Source: the human T2T-CHM13v2.0 reference genome, Homo sapiens
Assembly (NCBI RefSeq): GCF_009914755.1
Contig: NC_060942.1
Reading direction: 5' to 3' (one strand)
DNA: 64,000 nt
Below the pieces are notes generated by a model, which worked only from the letters and a program-made list of their open reading frames with translations, did not search any database and had not been told where the DNA came from. Position numbers and translations under genes: made by a program. Positions 42,001 to 56,734 of the stretch are shown here, one piece after another. Each line of letters opens with the position of its first letter. Position 1 is the stretch's first letter.

Positions 42001-42719
42001 GGCCTATACAATGGAATTCTTTAGTTTGCCTAATGGCCTAATTTAATTGATCAATTGGTAATTCAATCTATTATTTGTTTAACTACAGTTAGATGACTCT
42101 GAGTCCTGTATAGACCTTAACTAAATATTTATCTAATTAGAGACCTTGGCTTTTAAAGAAATAAATTGGACTAAAATATACATGATTTTTGTCTATATTT
42201 TTATTAAAATAAATATTAGCAGAAACCATTCTAAAATCCATCTTATTTGAAAGGAAAATCCTGTCTTCAGTTTTAAAACAAATAGTTTTAGATTTTTCTT
42301 CATCACTAAGAACTTATTACTCAATGGCACATTAAACTTTTCAGTTTTGCTAAATATTACTTACATTTCAAAACTAATCTATTTTCTATGTTTTCTATAA
42401 AAATAGAATGTAGTTACATTATAGAAAATAGATTCCATTTCTATGGAATAATGATCTGTGTAACAAAGAGGACACTTTCTTCACTTTTAAAATGTATTAA
42501 GCCAGGTAGTTAATTCGCGTAGCCCTATGACTAACATAAGGCAGAGAAGGGCAAATTCAGGTACACAATTCTAGTTCTAAATGAACATAGACAAGGAACT
42601 AGTTGGGAAATTTGGAAGGTTTGCATAGATTATTACTTTTATAGGTCATAAGGGAAGAACTGTCTGTACAATGATTCCAGTAGATGATAAATGCAGAATG
42701 AGAAATTGAGCTCACTTTA

Positions 42720-43508
42720 TTTATAAGATAAATATTCAGATTAAGTAACATGCCCTAAATTGTACAATTACCAGGTGGTGAAACCAAGATTTGTACTTAA
42801 TCATTCTGTGTCAGACCCCATGATATTAACTACTTATTATAACAGTTCAAGTAGGGAATTTATGCCTAGGAATTTAGACTTGATTCAATTAACTTTATTG
42901 ATGATTGGGCATTGCTGAAGGTTTTTGAGCAATGAATACACTGACATAAACATACACCCAAAAAACGGAAGTGAACAGCACATTAGGTTAATGCATTACC
43001 TGATATTTTTGTCTCATATTTAACATTTTTTTTTTGCTGCATTGTAGGAGTTTCTCATACTGTGTTTTCTTTTAAAAATCTAGTTTGAAGAAAACTTTCT
43101 CTTATACCAGGGTATAAACAGGGTGCACTTAGCCTTTCATAGATTTAAGATGGATAAAATGATTTCTTGTGCTCCTCTCATATATACTGGAAAAAAATGA
43201 AGTATATGATCTTATTGTATTTAAGCCAGATGAAGTCCATGTTTTCTAGATATATCAGATTTAATTCAGATGGCATGAAAAGGTCTGCATATGGACTCTC
43301 ACAGTCTATTTCCATGGATTCTGCTAACATTGACTTAACATTGACCAGTTAATAAATATTAAAAGTTCCCAACTTGAACTGTTATAGTAAGTGGTTAATA
43401 TCATGGGGTCTGACACAGAATGATTAAGTACAAATCTTGGTTTCACCACCTGGTAATTGTACAATTTAGGGCATGTTACTTAATCTGAATCTTTATTTAT
43501 CTTATAAA
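42720..43508. repeat. Inverted repeat with ~140 bp arms (42720-42858 / 43366-43508), MIR-derived
   Basis: Arms are reverse complements apart from ~3 substitutions and one small indel; spacer ~507 bp. Confidence 0.93.
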
Positions 43509-46500
43509 ATGTAGCAAGTAATACCACATATTTCATAGGGTGGTTGTGAGGCTTGAGTTTGACAAGACAAGCACAATGCCTGTAACTTCAAAGTCCTCAG
43601 TAGCTATTATAATTATCTTAGCATTTTAGAGTTTCCAGTTTTAAATAATTCTATTTTCATGTCAAGATTATTTCTCTGGTAATAAATTACCTGATTTTGG
43701 ATTCTGGGTCTCATAAGTATTAATTTGTCTACTGGTAGTTCATTACACATGCTTTAAGCTATTTATCTGTAGTCCTAGCACATTTCTGCATTTTATTTTC
43801 ACATCTAAGAGAAGTCAGAGTTTCCTGCATCTTCTTCCTCTCTAGTAACTTATTGCTACATGATTTTACCTTTCTTTACCTCTCCAGTAACATTATTTTC
43901 CTTTGCTGTATGATATGGTATAAGAGGAACTGGTTTAGAAATAGGAGTCAGGAGATAAATAAGCTTGATAGTGTTTGATCTTCATTACCCATGAACAATT
44001 CTAATCCTCTCAAACCCTTAGTTTCCTTATCTGTTAAGAGAAAAGGGTGGACGACATCAGCGTCTTCAAATCTTTTCACTATAAAGGATCTCATTTATTA
44101 TTTCACTCCATACTCACCCTCAACTCTGCCTTTATAATCCTAGACTTCAACAATTCAGGTTAGCAAGACAAAATCTAATCCTTAAAAGCTGCAAGGCCAT
44201 GCTATAACACAATAATTAATGGTCAAAAATCAATTTTATGAAATATGAGATTGTTCTATTTTTAGATTAATAAAAAATAGTTTTAAGTCAGTTTATGCTG
44301 TCACACAAATCACACCAAAAGAAGATAGGATACCTTTTATTGTGTACAACTAAGTTCCACGTCATTCTGTGCCCCTCTCCACACCAGATGATAACTTTAG
44401 CCTGCCCTCCTTGGTAACTAGGGCTAGGCAGAGCACAGGAGTAAATTGACAATCCTATTGTAGTGGAATTAGTTATAGTAGGTCAGGTCATTTAACCAAT
44501 GTGCAATAACCAAGGTAACCAGTCTTTCACATGGAGCTGATGACATTCCATTCAGATGTAACAAAGCCTAATATGTTGATAAGCCTAACCTGACTTACTG
44601 TGGATACATAGACCATTTCTGTTTGATTCTGAATTAAAACGTAATTATTTATTTCCCAATGCTATTTGGACGGACATCAACAAGGCTCAGGATTCCAAGC
44701 TGAACCTTTAAAAACTTGGGGACTGATTACATTTTTCTAGTCATGTCTATCATTCTAAAATTAGTGATCTCCCCCTCAGCAAATCAACCAGTTTTTTTTT
44801 CTATTTTTATTGTTGACCTTGAGTGATGTTAGATATGGATTATATTATATTCTCTTAGCTACTATTCCCTGAAAAGTTACTATTTCCTGTAAGTTCAAAA
44901 GCAAAAACAATGTATTTGAGATTGTCCTCCACGTAAAGGAATGAATATGTCTTGGAAAGGAGAGAACCTGTTTTTTCCCAAGAGTCTCATAAGGCCAAAA
45001 TATGGTCATTTCTGCATTTACTTATGAATGTGATATTTAACAGCCCTAGGTGGGTCATCTTAAGGGTCAGGCAATCATCCGTGACTCTCACATGAACAAG
45101 AAAACCTCCCTGAGGGTGTGTAGGATCCAGACTTATAACCCATGAAGCAAAAGTCACAAAAAAATAGTGAAAAGACCTGTAGAGCTTGCTTCCTTCTTTG
45201 GCCTCATTTGCCATCTATTTATTCCTGGAACATAAAAAAAGACAAATTTAGTCATAAATTATAGGCACACCTTTATTGATTCAACACTGACAAAATGGGA
45301 AATAGTCCAAATGCTTTGGTTCATTATCAAACAACAAGAGCCAAAATCACAAACCCATTGCTTTTCTGGAAAGTTTTTAATGCTGCTTTATGCATGTATC
45401 TATACATCATGAAGATTTTTGGATTCTCCAAACTAACTTTGACACATCATAATGGCAACATTTGTTTTCTGGGATTCTACTGTCAGCTGCAAAATTAAAA
45501 AAAAAATCTAAAAATAAAAAAAAATCACTTCCTTCAGACTTGCTACAAAATGAATCTGATAGACTTAAAATTTGCTGTGAGACACAAGGGGTAGAAGCCA
45601 TACGCCAGTGATAAGAATAGATGATTTCCTTTCTTCCGCCAGACTCTAACTAGAAATAGCAATATGTATGTGTACATAGAGAAAGAAAGAGGAAATATGA
45701 ACAGATGTAGGAATATTTACAGAGAGGGAATGTCATTTTTAGTACTGAATTGGTGTAAATGAGGAAGGAAAATAATAGAATCCTAGAGTGGTGAATAATA
45801 GCTCCGGAGAAATGGCTTCTTTCTCCCTCCATGTCCAAAAGCTCCTTGGCTTACAGCCAGATGGAAGTTTTCATTTTTTTATTAAATAAATTCTGGTTCC
45901 CGTGATCAGTTTGGATTAGGCTGGTTTTTCAATAAAGAATATTCTAAACACAGAGTTAGAAGGAGTTTCATGGAATTTTTCACTCAGAGCACATAGTAGA
46001 GTACCTACTGGTGTTTGAAGGCTCACGGTACCTGCTGAATATTCTAAAACAGAACTAGATGCGGGATGGCTAAGCAGCCAGCAGGTGAACAGTAGGTTAG
46101 CTTGAAATTGAGGATGCAGACAGAGCAAACTAGCTCTCTGAAGTTAAATTAATTTGTAACTCTTATGCCTGGGAAGAAATCAAAGAAAATACCCCACAGT
46201 AGCCTGCAGTGCCCTTTCATTTCCATTTGGAAATGTGTTTGATATTCCATGGAGGCAGGAATTTAATAAAGAAAACCGAGGAGTACACAATGAGGAAAAA
46301 AGGCTTTTGCATTCAGAAAGCATAAAAATTAAAAGCAACTACTGGTTATTTTGAGGAAGACAGTTATTAAGTTGTGAAAACTGGTATTTTTTTCTTGCCA
46401 ACGCAGATGTCAACAGTCCATAATTTAATTTCTCTGTGTCTCAGTTATTCTTTAGATTCAGTGCCGTAAATTTCATGTTGAGGTTCCTAAATAACTGTTT

Positions 46501-47194
46501 AGGGAAATGGCCCTGTTAAAGGAAAGCCGTAGTCATCACTGCATTAGCATAAATTCTTGTTTACTCAGGATACATTTGATCACATCCAGTGTCCTAAAAT
46601 AATTGTAAGGAGTGTTTAGGGTCCCAGGTTGGATAATTTATATGACCAACCTAGTCATCTACCATGAGGGAAGATAAAATAGTGTGGCCCCAAAGACATT
46701 TGGGAAAATCTGTGAATATGGACAGTGAATATGCCCCTCAGTAGGTCACACACACTCAATTAATTTGACCATTGTAATGTTTTAACCTTTTTTAAAACAA
46801 TTCTTTAAAAAGGAAATATTCTCTTCCTTTAATACATCTTCCCTTCTTTAGGGCATGGGGCCTGATGATAGTTGACTTTTTGTTTCTGAATATATTAAGT
46901 GTAAATAAATGTGTCAGGTTATATGATCCATGATGCTATTTGACTTTTAACAAATTATTGCTGAAATATAGTAATTGAACATATTTAATTTTGCACTATC
47001 TTCTCAAAGGCAAAATAAGAGGGGCAAGAGAGGCAGAAAAGAGGAAGGAAGGGAAAGGGGACTGAAAGAGGGAAAAAGAAGAAATATATTTATCAATTTC
47101 TATTTGAGAGATACAAAACCATTTCTATGTTGAAGGAAAATGGGCTTCTTGAGTATTTCAGAAACATGATTAATTTTATGAGACTGTGTCTGCA

Positions 47195-48791
47195 TTTGTT
47201 CTCAAAGTATGGTAGATACCTAGAACTTTGGAATTTCTTGAGATGCTTTCAGGGGATCTGCGAGGTCAAAGATTTATTTTAATAATAATATATATCTTTT
47301 GAGTTTTTTACCATGTTGGCTTAAGAATGTCCATGAAAAAGCAGTGAAAATTATTAATTTTATTGTCTCGATCCTTAAAGTACACATCTTTTTAGTATTC
47401 CACATGTGTCAACATAGGAAAATACATACGCAAAAATAAAAGTATAATGGGTTTTGCATGGTAAACACTTCTGAGGTCATTTGTGTTTCAAGCTGAATTA
47501 GCTACCTTTTTTTTTTTTTCTTCATGAAACACCATTTTTACTTGAAAGGACAGTCAATAGAAAAACTTGCTGTTCACACTTGGATACTTGTTACACATTT
47601 CTCAAAAATGAACAAAGTGAGCCAGCTACTTCAAGGAAAATAATATTTACTTCCAAGAATGAAATTCAAGTTTTTAAGTTAGAAATTTGCAAAACATGTA
47701 TCTGCCACTGGGAGCTTGACAGCTTCCCAACATTCAAGCACCTTTCTGATGGGATTGGTGGTGAGAGTAGCAAATGAGACTTTTTGCTAATCTATAAATG
47801 TTTCAACATTTGGAAGATGTGTCTAATACAATGTACCAATCCAAATAACCAGTGATTGATGTGACAGAATCATGCATGGGTAAAAGATCTATTCAAAATA
47901 CCAGCTAGATCAGTAGATTTTTACATAACATAGCACAAAACGTTTATAAATATGGTGCTAGATTTCACATTACAACTAATTTTCAAAACCCTGCTTATTG
48001 AGTTTTGCTGAAGTGTTCAAGGATATCTCTACAATTATGTGAAAAGGCTATCAAAGTACACCTCCCTTTTCCAACTACATGTTTGTTTGAGATCAGATTG
48101 TTTCTATGTAATTCGACCAAAACAACATAACAGAACAATGTCAATGCAGAAAGTATTTTTAAATTAAACCAATAATTTTTAAGATTTATAAAAATGGAAA
48201 GAACTACCACTATACTCAATAATAATTTTGTTTTGGCCGACATAGGTGTTTTTTTAAAAATATTATTTTTGATGGGGTAAAAATAAATATTTAATAGACT
48301 GGGCACAGTGGCTCATGCCCATAATCCCAGCAACTTGGGAGGCTGAGACAGGCAGATTGCTTGAGCTCAAGAGTTTGAGACCAGCCTGGGCAGTCTGGTG
48401 AAACCCCGTCTCAAAAAAAAAAAAAAAGAAAACAAAAAAAAAAAAACAAGAAAAAAATAAAAAATATTGGCTGGACGTAGTGACATGTGCCTGTAGTCCC
48501 AGCTATTTGGGAGGCTGAGGTGGAAGATGGCTTGAGCCAGGGAGGTGGAGGTTGCAGTGAGCTGAGATCATGCCACTGCAACCCAGCCTGGGCAACAGAG
48601 CGAGACAGACTCTGTTTCAAAAAGAATCAATATTTAATGAACAAATATTTTAAAAATCTGTTTTGATTTTTAGTATGGAATGTATTTGTTGCTATATCCT
48701 GTATAATCAAAAGCTAAAGAGCTTCAAGGGGATATTCAATAATTTTCAAAAGCACAAAAGTTCCTGAGACCCAACAGTTTGGGATTCACTG
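47195..48791. mobile_element. Charlie1-like hAT DNA transposon remnant containing an Alu
   Basis: Begins TTCTCAAAGTATGG...CTTTCAGGGGATCTGCGAGGTCAAA; ends CCTGAGACCCAACAGTTTGGGATTCACTG; internal GAGCTTGACAGCTTCCCAA. Confidence 0.75.
48297..48622 (+). mobile_element. Alu with expanded middle A-rich linker
   Basis: Sense dimer; TSD AATATTTAAT; ~50 nt A-rich linker at 48413-48465. Confidence 0.93.
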
Positions 48792-50185
48792 TCTGCATCG
48801 TTATTCTTTGTTGTAATGATTGTAGACTGGTCATCCTCAACTCAGGTAACAGATTAAGCTAAAGTAGGTCAATATTTCTATTTAGAAAAAAGTGAAGAGG
48901 AAAGAGAGAAAGGAAAGGATAGCAAAGGCAACGTATTGCCATAGGGTGGTTCCACATTTTAAGGCACCCTGTGTAGCCTGAGATCAGTATCACTGTAATG
49001 ACTGTTTTCTCTTTATTTCCATACCACCCTCTTGCTGTCTGGGAGGATTATCTGTACTGCCACCAGGATAACAAACAGACCAGTTCAAAGAATCAGGTTA
49101 ACATTTTCTCCCCAATAGGGAAATGCTAAACTAGGCTTGAGTTCAAGTAAAGCATTACTGCTTTTAATCGATTTAGAAAAATAGTTACATAACTTTGTAC
49201 ATTTACGTTCATGAGCATCACATTAAAGAGGTATGCTTTTGTAGATTTTAATACCAAAATTTGACATTAGAAAAAAATCCATTTTTTTCTGCTGGCTTGA
49301 ATAAAACTATTGTCAAATATGTTTTCTAGGACCCACGCTTATATTTTTCTCTCAGTTTTATTTTAAAATATGCCATAGATACATATAAGTACATGAAATA
49401 TATGTATATCTTAGAGAATAAAATGGAAAATGACCATGTATGTGTCAACCAATTTATGAAATAGAACATTACAAATTTGCATTCTGATACCCTCTCCTGT
49501 AATTGAACTATGTTCATTAATTTACTGGAAAAGTCTTTATATTCTATTAGCTGAATAATTGCATTTGGATATGAATAGTGGTGCCCATATAATGAGAACA
49601 CAAATGATTTTTAATCAGTAATTACTAATTTCATCATGGTTCCATTAAAATCAATTTAGTCAACAAGACTCACAACCTAGAATTTTAAGTTCACATCTCC
49701 CAGGGCCTTTTAATCTATTCTTACCGAGCTTAGAGGAAAAATTTTCCTTTGCTCTTAAATATGTGCCTCGAATGTTAGTCATTAACTTTTATAATTGTTT
49801 GCTCCTGGTACAATTTCTACACACTTTGCAATACTAGAGTTTAAGATAACTCTGTACTCTAAGAATACTACATGTTATTTTAAAACCTTTAGAAAATACG
49901 CAAGAATCCAAAGATGAAAAAACCACCCATAATTCCATCACACAACATTAACCTTGAAAATTGCATCTTTATCCTCCTCATTTAAAAATATAAATATACT
50001 TTCTTAATCCTCCTCTCTAAAACTCATATTGTAAATAAAGGAGAAAAATAAGGCAGATATCTAGTTTAATAATATTTCTGTAGAACATTTCAGCAGTGCA
50101 AAAACAAACTAAAAATCAAACTGAAATAACAAAGTTATTTGGTATTTTAAGTTTCTGAGATCTTGGTTTCATTTTTATGTATATA

Positions 50186-50642
50186 TTTCAGTTATTTTTT
50201 GCAGCATAATAAACTAAAAAATTTAATGACTCAAAACAGTAATGATTTATGATTTCTTATGATTCTATAGTTTATATGAACAGTTTCTCTGCTGGTTACA
50301 CTTGGCCTCACTTATGTGCATTTGGCTGAGAGAGAGGTTTCAAGATGGCCTCACTCACATGCCCGACAGCTAGTGCTGGCTGTTGACTGAGTGCCTCAGT
50401 TATTCTCCACGTGACTTTCTGTCTTCCATTTGGCTAGACTTACATGGTAGTGTCAGAGACAGCAATGGCAAAAGCTGTAAGGCCTTTTGAGACCGTGGCT
50501 GCAGAGCTCATGCAGCGTGACTTTCACCATAATCTACCAGTCAAAGCAAGATACAAGGCCAGGCCTTATTTACAACAAGAGTAAAAGGCATCCCTTTTGG
50601 ATTAGAGAATATTAAAAAATTTTTTGATCATTAATCTAGCAC
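50186..50642 (-). mobile_element. MLT1-type MaLR LTR
   Basis: CAAGATGGCCTCACTCACATGCC...GCTGGCTGTTGACTG; CAAAGCAAGATACAAGGCCAG. Confidence 0.7.
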
Positions 50643-51009
50643 AAAGTTGTAAAATGTATGAACTACTTACTATTAATGAAAAATTGTGTTCCTTTTGGGG
50701 GAACTTTCTTACTATTTGAACTTATCAAATGATATAAAGAAATACCAAACTTATTGGGGAAATAAGATCATGTTTTTCTGGCAAAAGCTGACATTTTCAT
50801 ATGAATGTATGTACAAATTCCAATGCCTATGAAGCTACGATGGTAACAAACATCACTGAAATGAGCCAAGTCAAGATTGGAGTAATCTGGACCATATATG
50901 CTCTATCTGAAAATGGAAAAGTCGATGGTTCTTTTTTTTTTTGGCTGAATAAGTCCAGTGATGCCTGGACCACTGATATTTTAAAACAAAGATTAAATAT
51001 TGGTAAGTA

Positions 51010-52650
51010 ATTTTGTTAAACAACATGAATCTAAAAGTTACATGGAAAGACAAGAGACCCAGAATAGAGAGCACAATACTGAATAAGAAGAACAAAGTCA
51101 AAGGATGGACACCACCTGACTTCAAGACTTACTATAAAGTTACAACAGTCAAGATAGTGTGGTATTGGCAAAATAATAGATCAATGGAACAGAGGAGAGC
51201 TCCCTAAAATAGACCCAGACAAATACAGTCAACTGATCTTTGAGCAAAATCAAGTCAGTGGAGAAAAAAATCGCCTTTTCAACAAGTGGTACTGGAACAA
51301 TAGAATGTCCATATACAAAAAAAAAAAAAAAAAGAATCCAGACATACCTTTCACAAAGATTAACTCAAAATGGACCGTAAACCTAAATTCAAACACAAAA
51401 TTATGAAACTTCTAGAGGATAATGTAGGAAAAAATATAGGTAAGCAAATTTGGCAATGCATTTCTAGGTATAACGTCTAACTAATCATGAAAGGAGAAGT
51501 TGATAAGTTGGACTTTATTAAAATTAAAAACTTATCTTCTACAAAAGATACTTTTAAAAGAGTAAAAAACAACCCACAGATTGAAAAAAAATTTGCAAAA
51601 CACACTTGTGATCAAGGGCTTCAATCCGAAACACACAACAAATTATTAAAAGGAAAGAAATAAATTTAAAAATAGATAAAAGATCTGAACAGACACCTCA
51701 CCAAGGAATATATAAAAATGGAGAGTAAACATAAGAATATGTTTAACATATGTCATTAGGCAATTGCAACTTAAAACATCTATTATATACCATTACACGT
51801 GTATTAGAATGGCTAAAATACAAAAAAAATAATGGCAATAGCAAATGCTGACAAGGATGTAGAACTTTTTTTGCTGGTGGCAATGAAAAATTGTACAGCC
51901 ACTTCAGAGGACAGTTTGGCAGTTTCTCACAAAGCTAAACAGTTTTACCATACAATCTAGCTATTGCACTCCAATATATTTAATTGAGTTGAAAATTTAT
52001 GTCCTGATAAAAATGTATGCTTGAATGTTTATAGCAGATTTGTTTATAATCACCAAAAACTGGAAGCCACCAAGGTATTCTTCAATAGACGAATGGATAA
52101 ACTGGTACATCTAGACAATGGATTATTACCCAGCAATAAAAATAAGTAACCTATCAAGCCATGAAAATGCATGAAGGAATCTTAAATGTATATTGCTGTG
52201 AGAAAAAAGCCAGTCTGAAAAGGCTATGTACTTTATGATTCTAGTGATATGACATCCTGGAAAAGGTACAACTATAGAAATAGTAAAATGATCAGTGGTT
52301 GCCTGGAGTTTGGTAGGGATGGCAGGAGTGTAATGAATAGGTGAAGCTCAGGGATTTTTAGGATGCTGAGATTATTCCAAATGATATGGTAATACATATA
52401 TATGACATGCATTTGTCAAACCCATAGGATTATGAAAAGTAAAGGGTAAATAATGTCAGCTATGGACTTCAGTTAATGATAATGTATCAATATTGGTTCA
52501 TGAATTAAAACAACTATACCACATTAGTGTAAGATGTTTGTAATAGGAGAAACTGCATTGCAAGGGATGGGGACCTGATATATGAGGATACTCTGAACTA
52601 TCTATCTGTTCAACTGTTTTGTAAATAAAAAATTTTAAATAAAATATTAA
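51010..52650 (+). mobile_element. Old L1M (L1MC/MD-like) 3' part of ORF2 plus 3'UTR
   Basis: ORF 51013-51207 gives PDFKTYYKVTTVKIVWYW (ORF2); 3'UTR TATGGACTTCAGTTAATGATAATGTATCAATATTGGTTCAT. Confidence 0.85.
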
Positions 52651-52716
52651 ATAACCATTTTGTGTTGCATGATTTTGTTTTCTGATAAAATAAAATAGTT
52701 TGAGTGGAAAACCTCA

Positions 52717-53069
<353 letters not shown>

Positions 53070-54932
53070 TTAGTAGCATCGTTGATAGGTCCTAGGTAAT
53101 TTTTTTTTCTTTTTTAGCTAGAAGATTAAGTAGATCTTGATGTTTTTCACAGGGGATATTGTAGAACGGTATTGTATAGTGTAAGTTGTAGAAACATTTC
53201 TACCGAGGAGCAGATGGTAAAAGTAAAATATTCAAATGCATAGGCCTCTAATATCAAGGCAACTATTTGTAAATATATATTTTGGGAACTTTCGTGTTCA
53301 GGAAATTTATTATTAAGCAGTATTGTCTTTCAAACCATATTTGCGAGATTTGAAAAGTCACTTTGAAGAAAGGAAATGAAGCATACCATCAGCAATTTTC
53401 AAAAGTTCTGAGACATTTTTCTACAGTATTGATATAATAAAGATGAACACATTTGGAAAATGTTCTCAATATTTTCATTGTGAAGAGTATTTATTTTTGT
53501 TGCTGGAACAACCAGAAGCAAATGTGGGAAGACTGAGAAAGTGTGAAATTTTATTTCTCCACGCAAAGAATACTTTAGATAACAATTACTGTCTCAACTA
53601 CTAGCTTGAGAACTGGTGTCCTTTTTATTACACTGTGATATACCTGTGTGGAGTTGGGTCAGGCTAATGAAGACTAAAGATAATGTCAAATACGTCCTAT
53701 GTCCCCTCCCACTTTATATTCTCTTTGACCACCAGCAGCTCATGCTATGACCCGATTGGGTCTGTCCTCACTCAGCGATTCTCCTCACCCCGATCCTAGT
53801 TTAAAAGATTTCATTGCCTCATTTTCTTTGCATCCAGATTTTGCTTTGAGTCTGCAAAATGACAGATTATTGGCTAATCCCACTGAATGAATTTGGTTGA
53901 AGATGACTTCAATTAAGTCTTCCTCAGGAGATGTGGATTTTCATGGGTACTTGAAAACACAGCATCTTGTCTCAAATAAACTTTGAGTGACATAATTTTA
54001 GTCAACAGGTCTGGTCAGAGGATGTTGCCATGGGTAGAACACCCTCCTCCAAGGACTGGTTTTGGTGTGTCCCCAGGCATTATCAGTAGAGCTTATATAG
54101 GAAGGTAAATAGAAGCTCTTAACTGTCCGCAAGCCTACTTGAGCATTGCATTTGGGGCTTAGAACTTTGTGAATTTTTTGCTTATTCCACCTGATATAAT
54201 CTTAGCAACTTTGGATGAAATGCATTTAAGGATTGAATCAAAAGACTTCCTAAGTCGCATAAAGACTGTTTCAGTTATCTGCTAGTAAAAGTGAATAGTG
54301 TTCCATATATAGAACTAGTAAATGCATCAGATGAAGTAGAAGGATGCAGAGACCTTCACTGACCCAGGGTTTCAGCTCTAGGGGCAAACTCACTCTTTGA
54401 AATGTTGTTAAAATTAAAAATAAAAAGCCAGACACAGACTAGTTATAAAATAAACCAACTTCAGTTATATAAATCTGACTTCCTTTTCTAAGAAAGCAGT
54501 TATTTTCTCAGCACCTGTGTATTCTACTCTTCAGTACCTGTACGCTATTTAATACAATTTGAATATGTCAAATTCTAATATATTTGTTTCTCTTATTTTC
54601 CAAGCCACAGAAGCAATAAACAATGTAGAAGAAAGTAGAATAGATATTGGTGGTAGGCAAACTGAACATATCAATAAGTTTTGGACAATAACATTTAGAA
54701 AAGCTATTGACATTTTTCTGTTCTCTAATGCTGATAAGTAAACAATTCCTGCTTACTTATGGGTAGCCTCAGATACATGAATAGCCTCAAGCTGATGCCC
54801 TATACCATGATGTCATCAACAGCTAAGAATATTTCAATATCATAATCCTATACACTTGGGATGAAAAAAACTATTTTAGGAGTTTACAAATTTCATTGGC
54901 ATCTTTTCATTTTTCTTTCCATCTTTTGTTAG

Positions 54933-55184
<252 letters not shown>

Positions 55185-55486
55185 TAAAGTGTACTTTTGT
55201 ATGGTATATGCTGCTATTTATATTTCTCTAATTTGATATAAGTACCTACAGTACTAGGGTTTTTCATAATAATTGAATATTTTTCCACATTTCTTGGCAT
55301 GATACAGTTATATGAAAGATATTTAGCCACTGGGATGAGAAGATGAGGAAAAGATCAAAATCCATGGGATCAATTCTGAAAGGAAACTGAGGAAGTCAGG
55401 GCTGCCTTTGAGATGGTCCTGTCCAAAGAGTCTTCAGCAGAGAAATTTTGGTGGATTCCATTATAAGAAAGTGGTATATAGAGAGG

Positions 55487-55662
55487 TTTGATCCTTAATA
55501 TTCTGTGTCACACACAAAAGATAACTATGTGAAGTGATATGATCATCAGTTCAACTGTGATAATCATTTCACAATGTATACATATACCAAAACATTACAG
55601 TCTACACTGTTATTATATGCAATTTTTGTCAACTGTACTTCAATAAAGCTAAGGGGAAAAAT
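55487..55662 (+). mobile_element. L1M 3'-end fragment
   Basis: GATAATCATTTCACAATGTATACATATACCAAAACAT...TACTTCAATAAAGCT. Confidence 0.7.
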
Positions 55663-56476
55663 GAAACTAAATTTTTCTGAATTCAAATATGTAGCATGTC
55701 ATTATAGAGTTTGAGCAATTTTTTTTAGCTTCAACTATATCGCTCATATTCCCAGCTATAACAAATATTTAAGGGAAGACAGAATAACTTGGCTGGCTTT
55801 GAATTGCTGGAATATTAATATTAAGATACAGTTAGAAAATAAACTCTCAATAGAATGGAATACTTAGTCTTTCTGATGAAATGGATCTTACTTAATTTCA
55901 TTGATTTTTGAGGACTGGTATTCTCCTTTTTAACATATTTATTTTTATAGAGAAGGTAAGTCCATCAATCATAAATTAATCTTTAAATTTCATTTACCTT
56001 AAATATTTAGATAACAACAAGGCATGGCATATGATATTACAGTATTTTTGAGAACATTAGAACACACAAGAAATCCAGTTACCATTTCAGCACATCAAGG
56101 TGTGTTCTCTGCGTATAGCCAAACACTCTTAGTGCAGTATCAAATATGGTTTTGTACAAAGGTTACTAAATTGGATTTCAGGACACAGGACATTGATTTT
56201 CACTTCAGAGTACCACTTCTCTAGACCTCGAGGTTCTCAAATCCAAAATGAGAGATTTGGACTAGATTATCTATCATTTTTTTTTTAGCACTAAAGTTAC
56301 TTCCAAGTTTAATCTGCTTCATTTATTTGATCGCTACACACAATCTTCCAATGGGAGTAGTTTACCTTGAGTGAATTTTTGGATCAATAAGTGAGACTTT
56401 AATCAAGCCCTTATGATACACAGTTTCTTTCAAGTGTCTTAATTTGAGCTTTGGTGGAGGTCATTTAAAGCTCTGA

Positions 56477-56734
<258 letters not shown>

